In this document: piece by piece, positions 1 to 10,145 of the stretch | Numbering within the stretch: position 1 is the stretch's first letter | Layout: every line of letters begins with the position of its first letter | Virus record (IMG/VR): IMGVR_UViG_3300031857_000018 | Span: 32,001 to 96,000 of that record | Source: a virus | DNA length: 64,000 nucleotides | Reading direction: 5' to 3' (one strand) | Notes under the pieces: model-generated | Databases searched by the model: none | Told to the model about the DNA's origin: nothing | Seen by the model: the letters and a program-made list of their open reading frames with translations, nothing else | Program-made: the position numbers and the translations under genes

Positions 1-309
1 CAAATCAATAGTTACGTTGTATCCTAATGACTCATACCAAGTTTTTGCTAGTTCGTGGGCTGCTGTTAAACCTTGAGACTGAGTTTGTGGATCAATGTCA
101 CCGTTAAGATTTTCGGTAGGTAAATCAGTTGGTACAGAGTTTCCTGCTATGAAGCTGGCGTGATCAGCGTAAGTGTAGAATGCAATTTCAATTGTTGTAC
201 CATTTGGTCTGCATCCAATTTCTAAACGGTTGTATACGCTTTCGAGTTCGATTTGTGTACCTTGCACATGAATCTTTTTTTCGGTGGTTGGTGTAATGAT
301 TAAAGCCAT
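1..309 (-). CDS. hypothetical protein, runs off window edge (possible fibre-associated protein)
   Basis: Not in ORF track. Manual translation from ATG at 309 gives MALIITPTTEKKIHVQGTQIELESVYNRLEIG...; frame open to position 1; ATATTTAT motif upstream at 336-345. Confidence 0.7.
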   Translation of the reverse strand, partial: MALIITPTTEKKIHVQGTQIELESVYNRLEIGCRPNGTTIEIAFYTYADHASFIAGNSVPTDLPTENLNGDIDPQTQSQGLTAAHELAKTWYESLGYNVTIDL

Positions 310-346
310 GATTTTATTTCTACAATAATTGTTTCTAATAAATATG

Positions 347-2872
347 TTAAGACAATGATCCAGATCTCCAGGCTCCACCTAACCAAACATATATTTTATA
401 ATTTCCGCCGGCTTGCCCAAATATGATTTGTCCATCTGTACCAGGACTTGTAGGTGCGCCTGACGCAGTAGGGGTCAAAATAAGTGAGCCAGAAATTGTA
501 ACACTTCCTGATGCTGCTACTAGTAGATTATGACGTGTTGAATCATCAACACCATCTCCTACAATGAATGCACTAGGTTGAGATATAGGTTGATTCCATT
601 GGCCAACTACGGATTGATAGTATCCTAATGCACGATTGTTATTACCAGCCGCATGCGAAAATTCGCCAAGTGCTTGCGTTTCTAAACCTTCTGCGTGAGA
701 ATAACCCCCAATTGACACGTTAGCTGCTGTTGGTGCTACTACTCCGTAAATTCCAATACGAGCTTTGTTGCTAGCAGTATTAACGCTAGTGTCAACTAAT
801 GTTATTTCTGTAGCAGGCGTACCATTGAATGCCGATGATGAAATTTCATAGATATATGTTGTTTTAACCCCAGGTACAATTTCTCCGTTGTAGTCATCAA
901 CTATTACAAACCCGCCAGCAACAAATTGTGCAGTTTGGTCTCCATATATTGCATCTAGTTCAATAACACCGGATGTGATTGGGATTGCCATGGCAAATCC
1001 TAACACACCAGCTATTCCTGAGCCTTCTGCGTGGGAGTAGTTACCATATGCATAGCCACCACCTTCTGCGTGAGAAGTACCACCAAACGCCTGTCCGTCG
1101 CCTTCTGCGTGGGAGTAGTTACCATATGCATAGCCACCACCTTCTGCGTGAGAGTAGTTACCATATGCATAGCCACTGCCTTCTGCATGAGCGCTGAATC
1201 CTATTGCGAAGGTGCCATTTCCTTCGGCATGAGCTGACCAGCCGCCCCAGTACTGGTCTCCCGTATTAGAACCAAAATTAGATATACTTCCAATAGATGC
1301 AGAAGTGGTTGATGTACCGGTCTCGACTAAGTTGATTGTGGTATTTGTTCCATTGAAAGAACTTGATAGTATTATTTGACTAGTAAATGTAAAAGAATTA
1401 TCATAAGCAGAATCATCTATACCTAACGTGGTACCTGCTGTAAAAAGACCGGTACCCGTTCCCGTTAAGTCTCCGTATGATGCATTTACCACAATCACTC
1501 CAGATGTTGGCATAGTTGCTAGATAACCATACTGACTACCTGCTGCTGTACTATTACCTTCAGCGTGAGAGGCCTGGCCGTTGGATGTTGTATTAGTGCC
1601 TTCTACGTGTGATGCATATCCATTAGCTGTTGTGTAATATCCCTCTGCATGAGAGAATTGTCCGGTTGCCGTTGTAGTATTACCTTCAGCATGTGAATTG
1701 GATCCGCTCGCCGTTGCATAAAATCCTTCAGCGTGAGAGGCCTGGCCGTTGGATGTTGTGCCCTCGCCTTCAGCGTGTGATGCATATCCAGCTGCTGTTG
1801 TATCCACGCCTTCAGCGTGAGAATAGATTCCGTTGGCTGTAGTAGTTCGTCCTTCAGCATGTGAAAAACTTCCGCTAGATATCGTTAAGTAGCCTTCCGC
1901 ATGTGATCCATCACCCTTTGCTTGAGTTTCACGTCCTTCGGCGTGTGAGTATTGTCCAAAGGTTTTTGCATTTCTACCTTCCGCGTGTGAATATGTACCG
2001 TTTGCTTGTGTACCGTCTCCTTCGGCGTGTGAATATCTTGCAAATGTTTGTGTTTGGGATCCTTCCGCATGCGACCAATCTGCTACTGCGGTTGTGTAGA
2101 ATCCTTCGGCATGACCCCCATCAGCCGATGATGGTTGATTGCCTCCCCAGCTGGTATATAGGTAATCTAAACTTCCAACAACAAAGTTACTGTCAGTGAT
2201 ACCAGTGTTAGTTAAGGTTATGGTTGTATTTACTCCTCCAAAAACTGAAGTATCAACTACAAATGTAGTATTGTCTGGATATGCAGCACTGTTATAGTAT
2301 AACCTATTACCTGGAGCAAAGACAGCCGTTACATCACCAGCTAATTGAAATACACCGGAAGTGATTGTGTTAGATTTTACCCCGTACAACGTAGATGTAC
2401 TAGTAAATGAGCCAGAACCTTCTGCATGTGATCCAAATCCTGATGCATTGGTACTAGATCCCTCTGCATGGGAGTATGCACCGTTTGCACTCACAGCTAA
2501 TCCTTGTGCATGAGAATATGAACCATTAGCTGCTCCTCCTGGTGATTGTTGTATTCTACCAATACCAGCACCAGATCCTGTAAATGTTAGGATACCATTG
2601 GTTAAAGTCAGTACTGTCGAATCAAATGTTAAATTAGTTTCAGCATATATATCTGTTCCTCCAGTAGCTGTCAGCACTCGGTTGTTGCTGTTGTTTGTTA
2701 CTGCGTTGGCAATCCCTAACGCTTGGAGTGCAGTTGTTGCGTATGATGCCGATTCGGCATATGCTGCTGTACCTTGCAAAGATCCGGTTATGCCCCCAGT
2801 TACGTTGAGTGATCCGGTGACTTCACTGTTACCTTGTGAACGGAAGCCGTTCTTGATTATAAATTCATTCAT
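347..2872 (-). CDS. tail fibre/adhesin with YadA-head-like SHAEG repeats
   Basis: About 30 (S/A)HAEG 13-14 aa repeats typical of trimeric beta-roll adhesin heads; N-terminal NEFIIKNG motif. Confidence 0.75.
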   Translation of the reverse strand: MNEFIIKNGFRSQGNSEVTGSLNVTGGITGSLQGTAAYAESASYATTALQALGIANAVTNNSNNRVLTATGGTDIYAETNLTFDSTVLTLTNGILTFTGSGAGIGRIQQSPGGAANGSYSHAQGLAVSANGAYSHAEGSSTNASGFGSHAEGSGSFTSTSTLYGVKSNTITSGVFQLAGDVTAVFAPGNRLYYNSAAYPDNTTFVVDTSVFGGVNTTITLTNTGITDSNFVVGSLDYLYTSWGGNQPSSADGGHAEGFYTTAVADWSHAEGSQTQTFARYSHAEGDGTQANGTYSHAEGRNAKTFGQYSHAEGRETQAKGDGSHAEGYLTISSGSFSHAEGRTTTANGIYSHAEGVDTTAAGYASHAEGEGTTSNGQASHAEGFYATASGSNSHAEGNTTTATGQFSHAEGYYTTANGYASHVEGTNTTSNGQASHAEGNSTAAGSQYGYLATMPTSGVIVVNASYGDLTGTGTGLFTAGTTLGIDDSAYDNSFTFTSQIILSSSFNGTNTTINLVETGTSTTSASIGSISNFGSNTGDQYWGGWSAHAEGNGTFAIGFSAHAEGSGYAYGNYSHAEGGGYAYGNYSHAEGDGQAFGGTSHAEGGGYAYGNYSHAEGSGIAGVLGFAMAIPITSGVIELDAIYGDQTAQFVAGGFVIVDDYNGEIVPGVKTTYIYEISSSAFNGTPATEITLVDTSVNTASNKARIGIYGVVAPTAANVSIGGYSHAEGLETQALGEFSHAAGNNNRALGYYQSVVGQWNQPISQPSAFIVGDGVDDSTRHNLLVAASGSVTISGSLILTPTASGAPTSPGTDGQIIFGQAGGNYKIYVWLGGAWRSGSLS
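1023..1190. repeat. 39-bp tandem repeat units in fibre gene
   Basis: ccttctgc starts recur at 1023, 1062, 1101, 1140 and 1179; units at 1023, 1101 and 1140 are near-identical (GYAYGNYSHAEG). Confidence 0.85.
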
Positions 2873-2878
2873 ATGTTA

Positions 2879-2900
2879 AATCTTTTCACTGTCCAAGATT
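2879..2900 (-). promoter_or_regulatory. 5'-leader hairpin AATCTT-GGACAGTGAA-AAGATT just upstream of fibre gene start
   Basis: Perfect 6-bp stem with 10-nt purine-rich loop, 6 nt before the ATG and downstream of the ATATTTATA motif. Confidence 0.4.
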
Positions 2901-2914
2901 AATACTAGCTTTAT

Positions 2915-2923
2915 TATAAATAT
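2915..2923 (-). promoter_or_regulatory. putative late promoter ATATTTATA
   Basis: Recurrent motif upstream of starts across the window. Confidence 0.6.
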
Positions 2924-2925
2924 GG

Positions 2926-3606
2926 TTAAAGACCGAAACGTGCTCTAGTTGCGTTGAAGTTTTGAAGTATTTCTTGGTCAGATAATGCTCTATTGTACAT
3001 ATGTGTAAATGAAATATTCCCTTTAAATACACTTGGCCCAACAGTGAATTCTCTACCTAGAGCAAGAGTAGATGTACTTAAAGCAGTTGCTGGCACAGTG
3101 CCTGATGTTGTGTTGATTATTCCGTCTCCAAAAACAGTATGTGTAGTTCCTAGTCTTCTAAATACTATATAATGCCATTGATTATCTGTTAAGGTAATAA
3201 ATCTTCCATATGGTGCTGTAGGTTCACAAATACCTCCACCCCAACTATTTGCCAATGTAGTATTTCTTCCTATCCAAAAACCGCTAGTATAGTTTTTATC
3301 TAATACTCGTTGGTATCCACTCACATTTGTAGATTTAAACCATACCCCAACAGTAAAATCAGTTAATGCAGTGTTATAATTTGTTGAAACATAATCATCA
3401 ACTCCATCAAATACAATTGTACCACCGTTTGCAGAATCATATGTTGGTCCATTTGTTAAAGTACCAATATGCCCATTTCCTGAGGTGTCTTTCCAAGTTG
3501 CACCAGCTGTTGGGGGATAAAATGAGTTAGGTGAACCAGCATCTAAATAAAATACTAATCCGTCTTTAACTATGTTAGGTCCTCTCCAATTTCCAACTGT
3601 ACTCAT
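2926..3606 (-). CDS. LamG/concanavalin A-like lectin domain virion protein
   Basis: DGLVFYLDAG...W.D.SG.G..GTL.NGP...FDGVDDY...YNRALS..EILQNFNA motif set. Confidence 0.8.
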   Translation of the reverse strand: MSTVGNWRGPNIVKDGLVFYLDAGSPNSFYPPTAGATWKDTSGNGHIGTLTNGPTYDSANGGTIVFDGVDDYVSTNYNTALTDFTVGVWFKSTNVSGYQRVLDKNYTSGFWIGRNTTLANSWGGGICEPTAPYGRFITLTDNQWHYIVFRRLGTTHTVFGDGIINTTSGTVPATALSTSTLALGREFTVGPSVFKGNISFTHMYNRALSDQEILQNFNATRARFGL

Positions 3607-3875
3607 GGCATCTCGTTACTTGTCCATTCCAGTGTAGATAGTATTTCTAGAATTTCTGTGTAAGTGTATGGACCTTGCTTTGTAGTTAAATCTGCAACAC
3701 ATTGTGGTGTTGTACCTTCCCATTTTACAAATGTAAGGGTACCATCAATAGAGCATCTAACAGTTTCTGCCGATGTTTCTAGTACTTGTGTGAAATCAAT
3801 GTTGTCTAATTCAGACACACTGAATATCATGAATTCTCTGTTTTCGTAGTCTTGTGTTTCCATGTTAATATCCAT
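3603..3875 (-). CDS. small acidic hypothetical protein within LamG cluster
   Basis: 90 aa, start/stop overlaps with both neighbours. Confidence 0.7.
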   Translation of the reverse strand: MDINMETQDYENREFMIFSVSELDNIDFTQVLETSAETVRCSIDGTLTFVKWEGTTPQCVADLTTKQGPYTYTEILEILSTLEWTSNEMP

Positions 3876-4573
3876 TACATTTCAAATCTGGTTTTGTATG
3901 CATTGTATGTTTGCAATATTTCATCACTACTTAGTTCTCTGTTGTAGATCAAATGAATGCCAATTGAAACTGCATTAAACCGGCCGGCGACACCAGAATC
4001 GCTAGCTAACCAGTTGCCTTGAGACGAGTTAGTGTCAGTTCTGGTTATGGCGGTAGTTGATGTGCCTATCAATGCTCCATTCAAGTATCTTTTGTGAGAA
4101 TTTGTACCGTTGGTGGTTAATGCATAAAAGTTGTAGTTCGTAATATTTGACGGAGTTACTGAGCCGATATCGGTATAGCCGCCTGTGCTGCCAATTACAT
4201 AAAAAGTTACAGATGTAACACTTGGGTAGTTGTTATGTATAATGTATCCGTTGTTTACACGAGCAGAACCTAGTCCTGCGTACTGGTTCCATGTTGCATT
4301 GGTAGATTTGGCTATTGTTATTACTGTTAACTTTTGCGTAAACCCACTACTAATTGAGTTCAAGCAGTAATCATCTACCCCATCGAACCGCAATATCCCT
4401 CCGTTGGTGTTATTAAACGTAGGCGAATTGAGCAATGTGCCATTATTCTGCTTGCCGCTTAAATCTCGCCATATAGTTCCGGTACCTGGGTATGAGTCTC
4501 GTTTGCCGGCATCTAGTCGCAAGACAGCACCATCTTGTACACTTTGACCGTAGTATGCCACTCTTCCTGCCAT
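3875..4573 (-). CDS. LamG/concanavalin A-like lectin domain virion protein
   Basis: Paralogue of 2926..3606 with the same motifs. Confidence 0.8.
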   Translation of the reverse strand: MAGRVAYYGQSVQDGAVLRLDAGKRDSYPGTGTIWRDLSGKQNNGTLLNSPTFNNTNGGILRFDGVDDYCLNSISSGFTQKLTVITIAKSTNATWNQYAGLGSARVNNGYIIHNNYPSVTSVTFYVIGSTGGYTDIGSVTPSNITNYNFYALTTNGTNSHKRYLNGALIGTSTTAITRTDTNSSQGNWLASDSGVAGRFNAVSIGIHLIYNRELSSDEILQTYNAYKTRFEM

Positions 4574-5259
4574 TATAGTCCAAATCTAGTTTTAGTTGCG
4601 TTGTAGTTTTGTAAGACTTCTGTTGCTGTAAGAGCGCGATTATAAATTAATGTTGTTGATATATTACCATTATGATATCCTCCAGCTGAAACTTGGCCTC
4701 CTAATCTTACGGGTTGAGATGTATTTGATGTATTCATAGTGCCTGTTTTTGAGGTTGAATTATGAAATACTCCATTAACATAAAAAATTTGGGAAATTCC
4801 ATCATATACGCCTGTAAAATTATACCAGGTATTTAATAATACTGGTGAAAATGGGACTGCAGAAGCGAAGGAATTTGTTAAAAGATACCACTGTATTGTA
4901 TTAGAATCAGTAATGTAAAAAATCCATCTATCAGTTGCACCATTTTGATGCCAATCAGATAATGCTCTTACGTTTGCAACCATGGCATTGAATCGGATCC
5001 AAGTCGAAACAGTAATTGATGTTGTTGGTTTTAAATTTAAACTTCCACCTAAATCAACGTAATCATTTGTTCCATCAAAAACAATTGACCCACCATGTGC
5101 ACTTGAAAATGTAGGACCATTTACCAATGTTCCGTTATTTCCACCACGTGATAAATCTACCCATGAAGTTGACCCAGACGTATATGAACGTGGATTTGCT
5201 GCATCTAAATACAGTATCAATCCATCTGTTACTATTTTCGGTGAATAATTAAACGCCAT
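4573..5259 (-). CDS. LamG/concanavalin A-like lectin domain virion protein
   Basis: DGLILYLDAAN...FDGTNDY...IYNRALTATEVLQNYNATKTRFGL. Confidence 0.8.
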   Translation of the reverse strand: MAFNYSPKIVTDGLILYLDAANPRSYTSGSTSWVDLSRGGNNGTLVNGPTFSSAHGGSIVFDGTNDYVDLGGSLNLKPTTSITVSTWIRFNAMVANVRALSDWHQNGATDRWIFYITDSNTIQWYLLTNSFASAVPFSPVLLNTWYNFTGVYDGISQIFYVNGVFHNSTSKTGTMNTSNTSQPVRLGGQVSAGGYHNGNISTTLIYNRALTATEVLQNYNATKTRFGL

Positions 5260-5263
5260 AACC

Positions 5264-8200
5264 TTAAATTCCTCTTACTATACATTTTGTTGTCCATGCT
5301 CCTGAAGTTGAAGATCCTGTTAATGCCATGTTTGATCCTGTAATAAATACTCCGAATGAAACTGCGGAAGTGTTACCAAAATCAGTTGTTGTAGTTTCTG
5401 TGAAGTTTACGGATGACCCACTCTGAATTGCCATGATTGTACCTGCTCGTGCATTTGAACCCGATCGTACAGAGTATTCAAAGAATGCAGTGTCATAAGA
5501 TGCTGTTGGTAAACTATACACCGTAAACGAACCTGAGTTTGTTTGCGTGATTTTAGCCGTTGTGATCAACATCGGATCTAGATAGTTACCAATCAGTGTG
5601 GTGTTATCAGAGAATACTTCTAAAATTGGCAAACCAGAAATATCATTAACTGAGAATAAAGAGCCACTTAAACTATCTGTTATGCTAAACAATTCACCTT
5701 GTGAACCTTGTACTGTGAATACTGGTAAGGCTGAACCTGATCCGTACACTGTTAGGGAAGAACCTGATGCTGTGTTTTGTGAACTTGATATAATTGTGCG
5801 AGATGCCGTTACGTTGAATAAGCGTGATTCATCTCCTAACCAAACCGTAGTACCGTTTCCTGTTCGGAAGTGTGGTCTTGTGTTGTTTGTTAGCGATCCG
5901 GTTGCTGCATACATTTGGAATGCACCGGATACCGTAGTTGCTGGTATTGAACCTGAGTGTATGGTTAGGGTGTTGGTTGCAGTAGTATCCCAATGCGTTC
6001 CAGAAGTTAATTGTGTGCTATTTCTAAATACGAGATTTGCTTTATTTGTCAAAAGCATGGTCTGACTATTTGCTCCAGAAGGATCAACACAAAAAGCTAA
6101 TGTTTGACCTAGTGCATTGGTATAAGATGATTGTCCTACTGCAATGATACCACTTAAAAGTGCAGATGCTCTTGCACCAAAACCAATGGCCAGTGATTGA
6201 TATCCAGAAGTACCATCTGCGATCGCAGTTGCACCAATTGCGGTGGAACTTATTCCGGCAATGGCGCTAGCGCCAATGGCCACACCTTGTATCCCAGTGA
6301 TTGATGTATTCGCTCCAATTGCAGTACCTCCATTATTTGATACAGCATTGTATCCAAATGCAACAGCATTTTCAGTTACCCCAGCTGATGCTATATCCTT
6401 TGCACCACCACCGATAACAACATTCTTAAACGCATCAGTCGTACCTAGTATTTGAGCATTCAATCCAATTGCGACTCTACCATCGCCGGTAATGGACATT
6501 AAGTTTTGAGTATCCGCACTATTTCTAACTCGGAACACAGTATCTGTGGATAATGCACCTTGGGCTTTTACGTCAAGTCTTGCGGCTGGTGTTAAAATTC
6601 CCACTCCAACGAACCTTGTTGTACCATTTAAGTTAATAATTGGATTTGTCGTATCAGTCGTTGGGCATATTCTTAATTGACCACTTTCATTTCTAAATTC
6701 CCAAAGATTTGTAACACTTGCGCCCGTAAAGCGGAATGTTCTTGAACCTGAATTGTTAATCAGGAAGCCATTTGAAACGACTTCCATTCCCGTTCCAGTT
6801 CCATAAAGACCATTTCCCGAATTTAAAGAAAATCCATCGGCATCAGTTCTTGGGTTTAGAGAGTATGTACTTACCCCATTTGCAAAAACAATAGAAGCGT
6901 TACCTCTTGCTTCAATTATATTAGCAGTACTAGCACTATTTCTAACGTTAAATATAGTGGAAGTTGTTGAAGTTGTAGCCAATAATGACATAGAACCTGT
7001 TACACCTAACGATCCAGTAATTAAAGCAGAACCGGTATATGGAAAAGTTGTGTCCGGAGCATATGATGCACTTACTGCTTGTAATACGTATGATGCAGTA
7101 CTAGCAAATGAACTGCTTAACACAGTCATTGATGCAGTATTCGAAGTTAGCACATATGGTAACAACATTGAACCGGTTGCACTAGTTAACACGTAGTTTG
7201 GAGCATGTGACGCAGTTACGGCATTACTTGCCCAACTAGAAGTACCAAACAAAGATCCGGTAAATGATGTAGCAGTTAATGAACCAGTTAAACCATATGA
7301 TCCAGTTAATTGGTTTGTGTTAATCCAAACACCGGTAGCATTACTCCCACTTCTAACTAGAAGTTGTCCTGGTGTAAGTGACCCGGTTGTTATTTTAACA
7401 TTGTGTAATTCATCTATTTCATATCCATTATCTACTTTAACAAATATCGTACCATTGTTTGAATGGGCGTATACTACATACCCTATAATTACAGTGTGTT
7501 GTGGAGCTTGTGGTTTTGTTGTTGTTATACCTCCAGCCGTTGTTGGTGATAGGTACAATACATCACCATCCACCCAAGTTTCTCCCTGCAATGCTCCGGT
7601 AGTGTTTATGCCTCTGACTAATCCACTATTAGTAATGAAACCTTCTTGGTTTACGTCGATATTCTCAGTTACTAGGCCTAATGTGTCCACTGAGTTAGCA
7701 TCATTGTCAGCTTGAGCCAGTACAATGGCTAATCGTTGGCCTTGAGATCCACCTTCGTCTACTCTTCGTATACGAGCAGCTTTATATTCAGATTCTAATA
7801 GATTAGTTCCGGTTTTGTTTACTGCCCTAACAACTTGCTCTTGACCTACTTGCAGAGTTACATTGCCACCTTTTAATCCTAAATTTAAGGTACCATCTGT
7901 ATCGTTCCACACCAATCGACTTGCTGCGGATGATCCTGAAAAATATACGGATGCTACTTCTGGTGTTGCTAAGTATAATGAGCCGGTTAGTTGTACGTTT
8001 TGATTGAGTGGATTAACATAAGATGCAGTCGCTGCATTCGTAGCCCAACTCGCAGTACCAAATAAACTTCCAGTAATGCTTCCTTGCACACGCAGTGACC
8101 CGGTTATCTCAACATCGCCTTGACGTGATATAGGATTCGATCCAGTCCATTTTGATGAAACAATGCCTGTTAATTGAGATCCATCACCTTTAAACGACCC

Positions 8201-8398
8201 AGTAAACGACCCGGTGGTATATGATGCAGTGAATGCATTAAATGAGCTTGTGGTTACAAATGAACCGGTGTTTATAGTAGTGCCACTTCCGCCACCACCA
8301 TTCAATGCAAATGATGCCGTTAACGCATAGCTTGACGAAATATTATATAAAGAACCGGTTTGTAATTGTCCTGGTTTGAACTGTCTCATTATGCCCAC
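5264..8398 (-). CDS. long tail fibre-like protein
   Basis: TGS/TAS-rich beta repeats, AIG YadA-like stretch, distinct C-terminal FFEYSV...RAGTIMA domain. Confidence 0.7.
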   Translation of the reverse strand: MGIMRQFKPGQLQTGSLYNISSSYALTASFALNGGGGSGTTINTGSFVTTSSFNAFTASYTTGSFTGSFKGDGSQLTGIVSSKWTGSNPISRQGDVEITGSLRVQGSITGSLFGTASWATNAATASYVNPLNQNVQLTGSLYLATPEVASVYFSGSSAASRLVWNDTDGTLNLGLKGGNVTLQVGQEQVVRAVNKTGTNLLESEYKAARIRRVDEGGSQGQRLAIVLAQADNDANSVDTLGLVTENIDVNQEGFITNSGLVRGINTTGALQGETWVDGDVLYLSPTTAGGITTTKPQAPQHTVIIGYVVYAHSNNGTIFVKVDNGYEIDELHNVKITTGSLTPGQLLVRSGSNATGVWINTNQLTGSYGLTGSLTATSFTGSLFGTSSWASNAVTASHAPNYVLTSATGSMLLPYVLTSNTASMTVLSSSFASTASYVLQAVSASYAPDTTFPYTGSALITGSLGVTGSMSLLATTSTTSTIFNVRNSASTANIIEARGNASIVFANGVSTYSLNPRTDADGFSLNSGNGLYGTGTGMEVVSNGFLINNSGSRTFRFTGASVTNLWEFRNESGQLRICPTTDTTNPIINLNGTTRFVGVGILTPAARLDVKAQGALSTDTVFRVRNSADTQNLMSITGDGRVAIGLNAQILGTTDAFKNVVIGGGAKDIASAGVTENAVAFGYNAVSNNGGTAIGANTSITGIQGVAIGASAIAGISSTAIGATAIADGTSGYQSLAIGFGARASALLSGIIAVGQSSYTNALGQTLAFCVDPSGANSQTMLLTNKANLVFRNSTQLTSGTHWDTTATNTLTIHSGSIPATTVSGAFQMYAATGSLTNNTRPHFRTGNGTTVWLGDESRLFNVTASRTIISSSQNTASGSSLTVYGSGSALPVFTVQGSQGELFSITDSLSGSLFSVNDISGLPILEVFSDNTTLIGNYLDPMLITTAKITQTNSGSFTVYSLPTASYDTAFFEYSVRSGSNARAGTIMAIQSGSSVNFTETTTTDFGNTSAVSFGVFITGSNMALTGSSTSGAWTTKCIVRGI

Positions 8399-9615
8399 CT
8401 TCCATTAATAATTATCGTATCTGTGGAATCTATGGTGTATCCTAAAGTCGCAGTATCGAATATAATGGTCTGGTTTGCAATGTCTGATGGTGTCCAAGTA
8501 TATGCCACTTTATCTATGTATTGGCCGTTGATGTATACATTGAATTCGTTCTTGGTTGCCGTTAAATTAGTTACTGGATTGATTGCAGCAAATGCATTAA
8601 CTGTCACAGTTGTGCTAGATGAATATGTTGCTTGTCGATCTGAAACCGCGATTATATAAGATAGAGTTGCAGCATCAATCGTCGTGCTAGTTCCACCGCC
8701 GGTTACAGTTATATTACCTCCCCCTAATATTACACTCTGCACTTGTAATAGTTGTATTGGCACATTTACTGTAGCAAACATATCAGTTGTGCCTATATCA
8801 ACTACGGTATCATATGACACTCGTTTAACTGAGTACATTTTTTTAATAGTTGATATCCTGGTTTCTTGTTCTGATAACAGGGTACCTTGTACTGTTAATG
8901 GAATTGTCGCTCGCACTAATCGATCTTCTCCAACCGTATTCACAATTTCAAATGAAGTTTGACCAATGGCTGTTTCAAATCGGTTTGCTTCATTGCCCCA
9001 TAAAAATCTACCATATGGAAGTATTTGGTCAATTAAATCATTGAGTTGCGTGGTGAAATCACACCAAAGCATCATATCGTATTCAACAGTAACGTATTTT
9101 GGAATATCCACAACATAAAACTGTTCACTTGGTTGTGGCTCTGAATTTGGTATTGGAAATAATACATCTTCATACCGATTTCGAGCATTGTATTTACTTT
9201 TATATACTATCTGATTTCCAGCTGGCATACGATTAACATCCAATGTTCTCAATGAGTCTCGTTCTACCACACTGTTTCGTTTCAACATGATTAATGGAGA
9301 TTGAAGCATTCCTTTTTCATCTCGCAAATAACCTAATCTACGAACATTGTCCCATTTTTCACCGTTAGCAAAAATTACCGGGACTGGAATTAATTCAGTG
9401 TTATGATTAATCTGAGGTTGTATTTCATTATCAACATACCACTTAATTGCATAATCAATATCATACAATGTGCGTTGCACTGTTCGTACTACATCATCAT
9501 CTCGTCTTATTTGATTAGCTCGATTCAACAGTTGATCGTTTGTTAAGCCTTCTGTTCTGTATGGCTCTGGCTTATTAGTTTTACGATCAATATTTTTTCT
9601 ATTTAATCTAGGCAT
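8389..9615 (-). CDS. tail completion/sheath stabiliser (T4 gp15-like) with C-terminal extension
   Basis: IPVPVIFA..EKW and P..V.V.Y.M..W......N.LI.QILP motifs; adjacent to neck genes. Confidence 0.6.
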   Translation of the reverse strand: MPRLNRKNIDRKTNKPEPYRTEGLTNDQLLNRANQIRRDDDVVRTVQRTLYDIDYAIKWYVDNEIQPQINHNTELIPVPVIFANGEKWDNVRRLGYLRDEKGMLQSPLIMLKRNSVVERDSLRTLDVNRMPAGNQIVYKSKYNARNRYEDVLFPIPNSEPQPSEQFYVVDIPKYVTVEYDMMLWCDFTTQLNDLIDQILPYGRFLWGNEANRFETAIGQTSFEIVNTVGEDRLVRATIPLTVQGTLLSEQETRISTIKKMYSVKRVSYDTVVDIGTTDMFATVNVPIQLLQVQSVILGGGNITVTGGGTSTTIDAATLSYIIAVSDRQATYSSSTTVTVNAFAAINPVTNLTATKNEFNVYINGQYIDKVAYTWTPSDIANQTIIFDTATLGYTIDSTDTIIINGRWA

Positions 9616-10136
9616 TATTTATTACCTTTGTATGCAAAATTATTGTTTCCGCCTCGACGAAGATCTTTGATACCATGTGGTGTTTGTCTTGTTGCATGTG
9701 CATCACATAATACAGATATACTGTATCCATGCTGTGAACCGTTTGGCCATGTTTCAGGATTTTTACCAGCAAAGTATTGATTTGCATCTACATTGTCTAG
9801 TTCATAGTATTCATTATCCCAAAACACAATATCGCCTACTTCTGGGAAGAAATCAGCTCGTTCTAAAATATCTCTTGATATTCCAAATTGGGCTGTTCGT
9901 GTATATGAATGACCATAATCATCCATAGTCGCAGTTTTTGATTCTTTAGTTATTAAACACGGAAGCAATATAGAATCATAATATGATTTAGATGGAGATT
10001 CTCCATACATGTTAGAATCTGATGATTCGATAATTAATTTGAAAAATTCTATTTCTGTATCGACAATTGCATTTAATAATTCTGCGTTAACAGAAGCTAA
10101 GAATTTAGCGTCTCTAATTCCTCCAAACAGTGCCAT
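9615..10136 (-). CDS. neck/head-closure protein (gp14-like)
   Basis: N.YGE...K and PEVGDIV.W....YE motifs; synteny. Confidence 0.6.
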   Translation of the reverse strand: MALFGGIRDAKFLASVNAELLNAIVDTEIEFFKLIIESSDSNMYGESPSKSYYDSILLPCLITKESKTATMDDYGHSYTRTAQFGISRDILERADFFPEVGDIVFWDNEYYELDNVDANQYFAGKNPETWPNGSQHGYSISVLCDAHATRQTPHGIKDLRRGGNNNFAYKGNK

Positions 10137-10145
10137 ATCTTACTC

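Noticed and set aside
1023-2130. Regularly spaced repeats resembling a CRISPR array
   Set aside because: They are in-frame 39/42-bp coding repeats (SHAEG) without unique spacers, and no cas genes are present.
2926-5259. Diversity-generating retroelement targeting LamG or fibre genes
   Set aside because: No reverse transcriptase and no template/variable repeat pair with adenine-specific mismatches were seen in this window.
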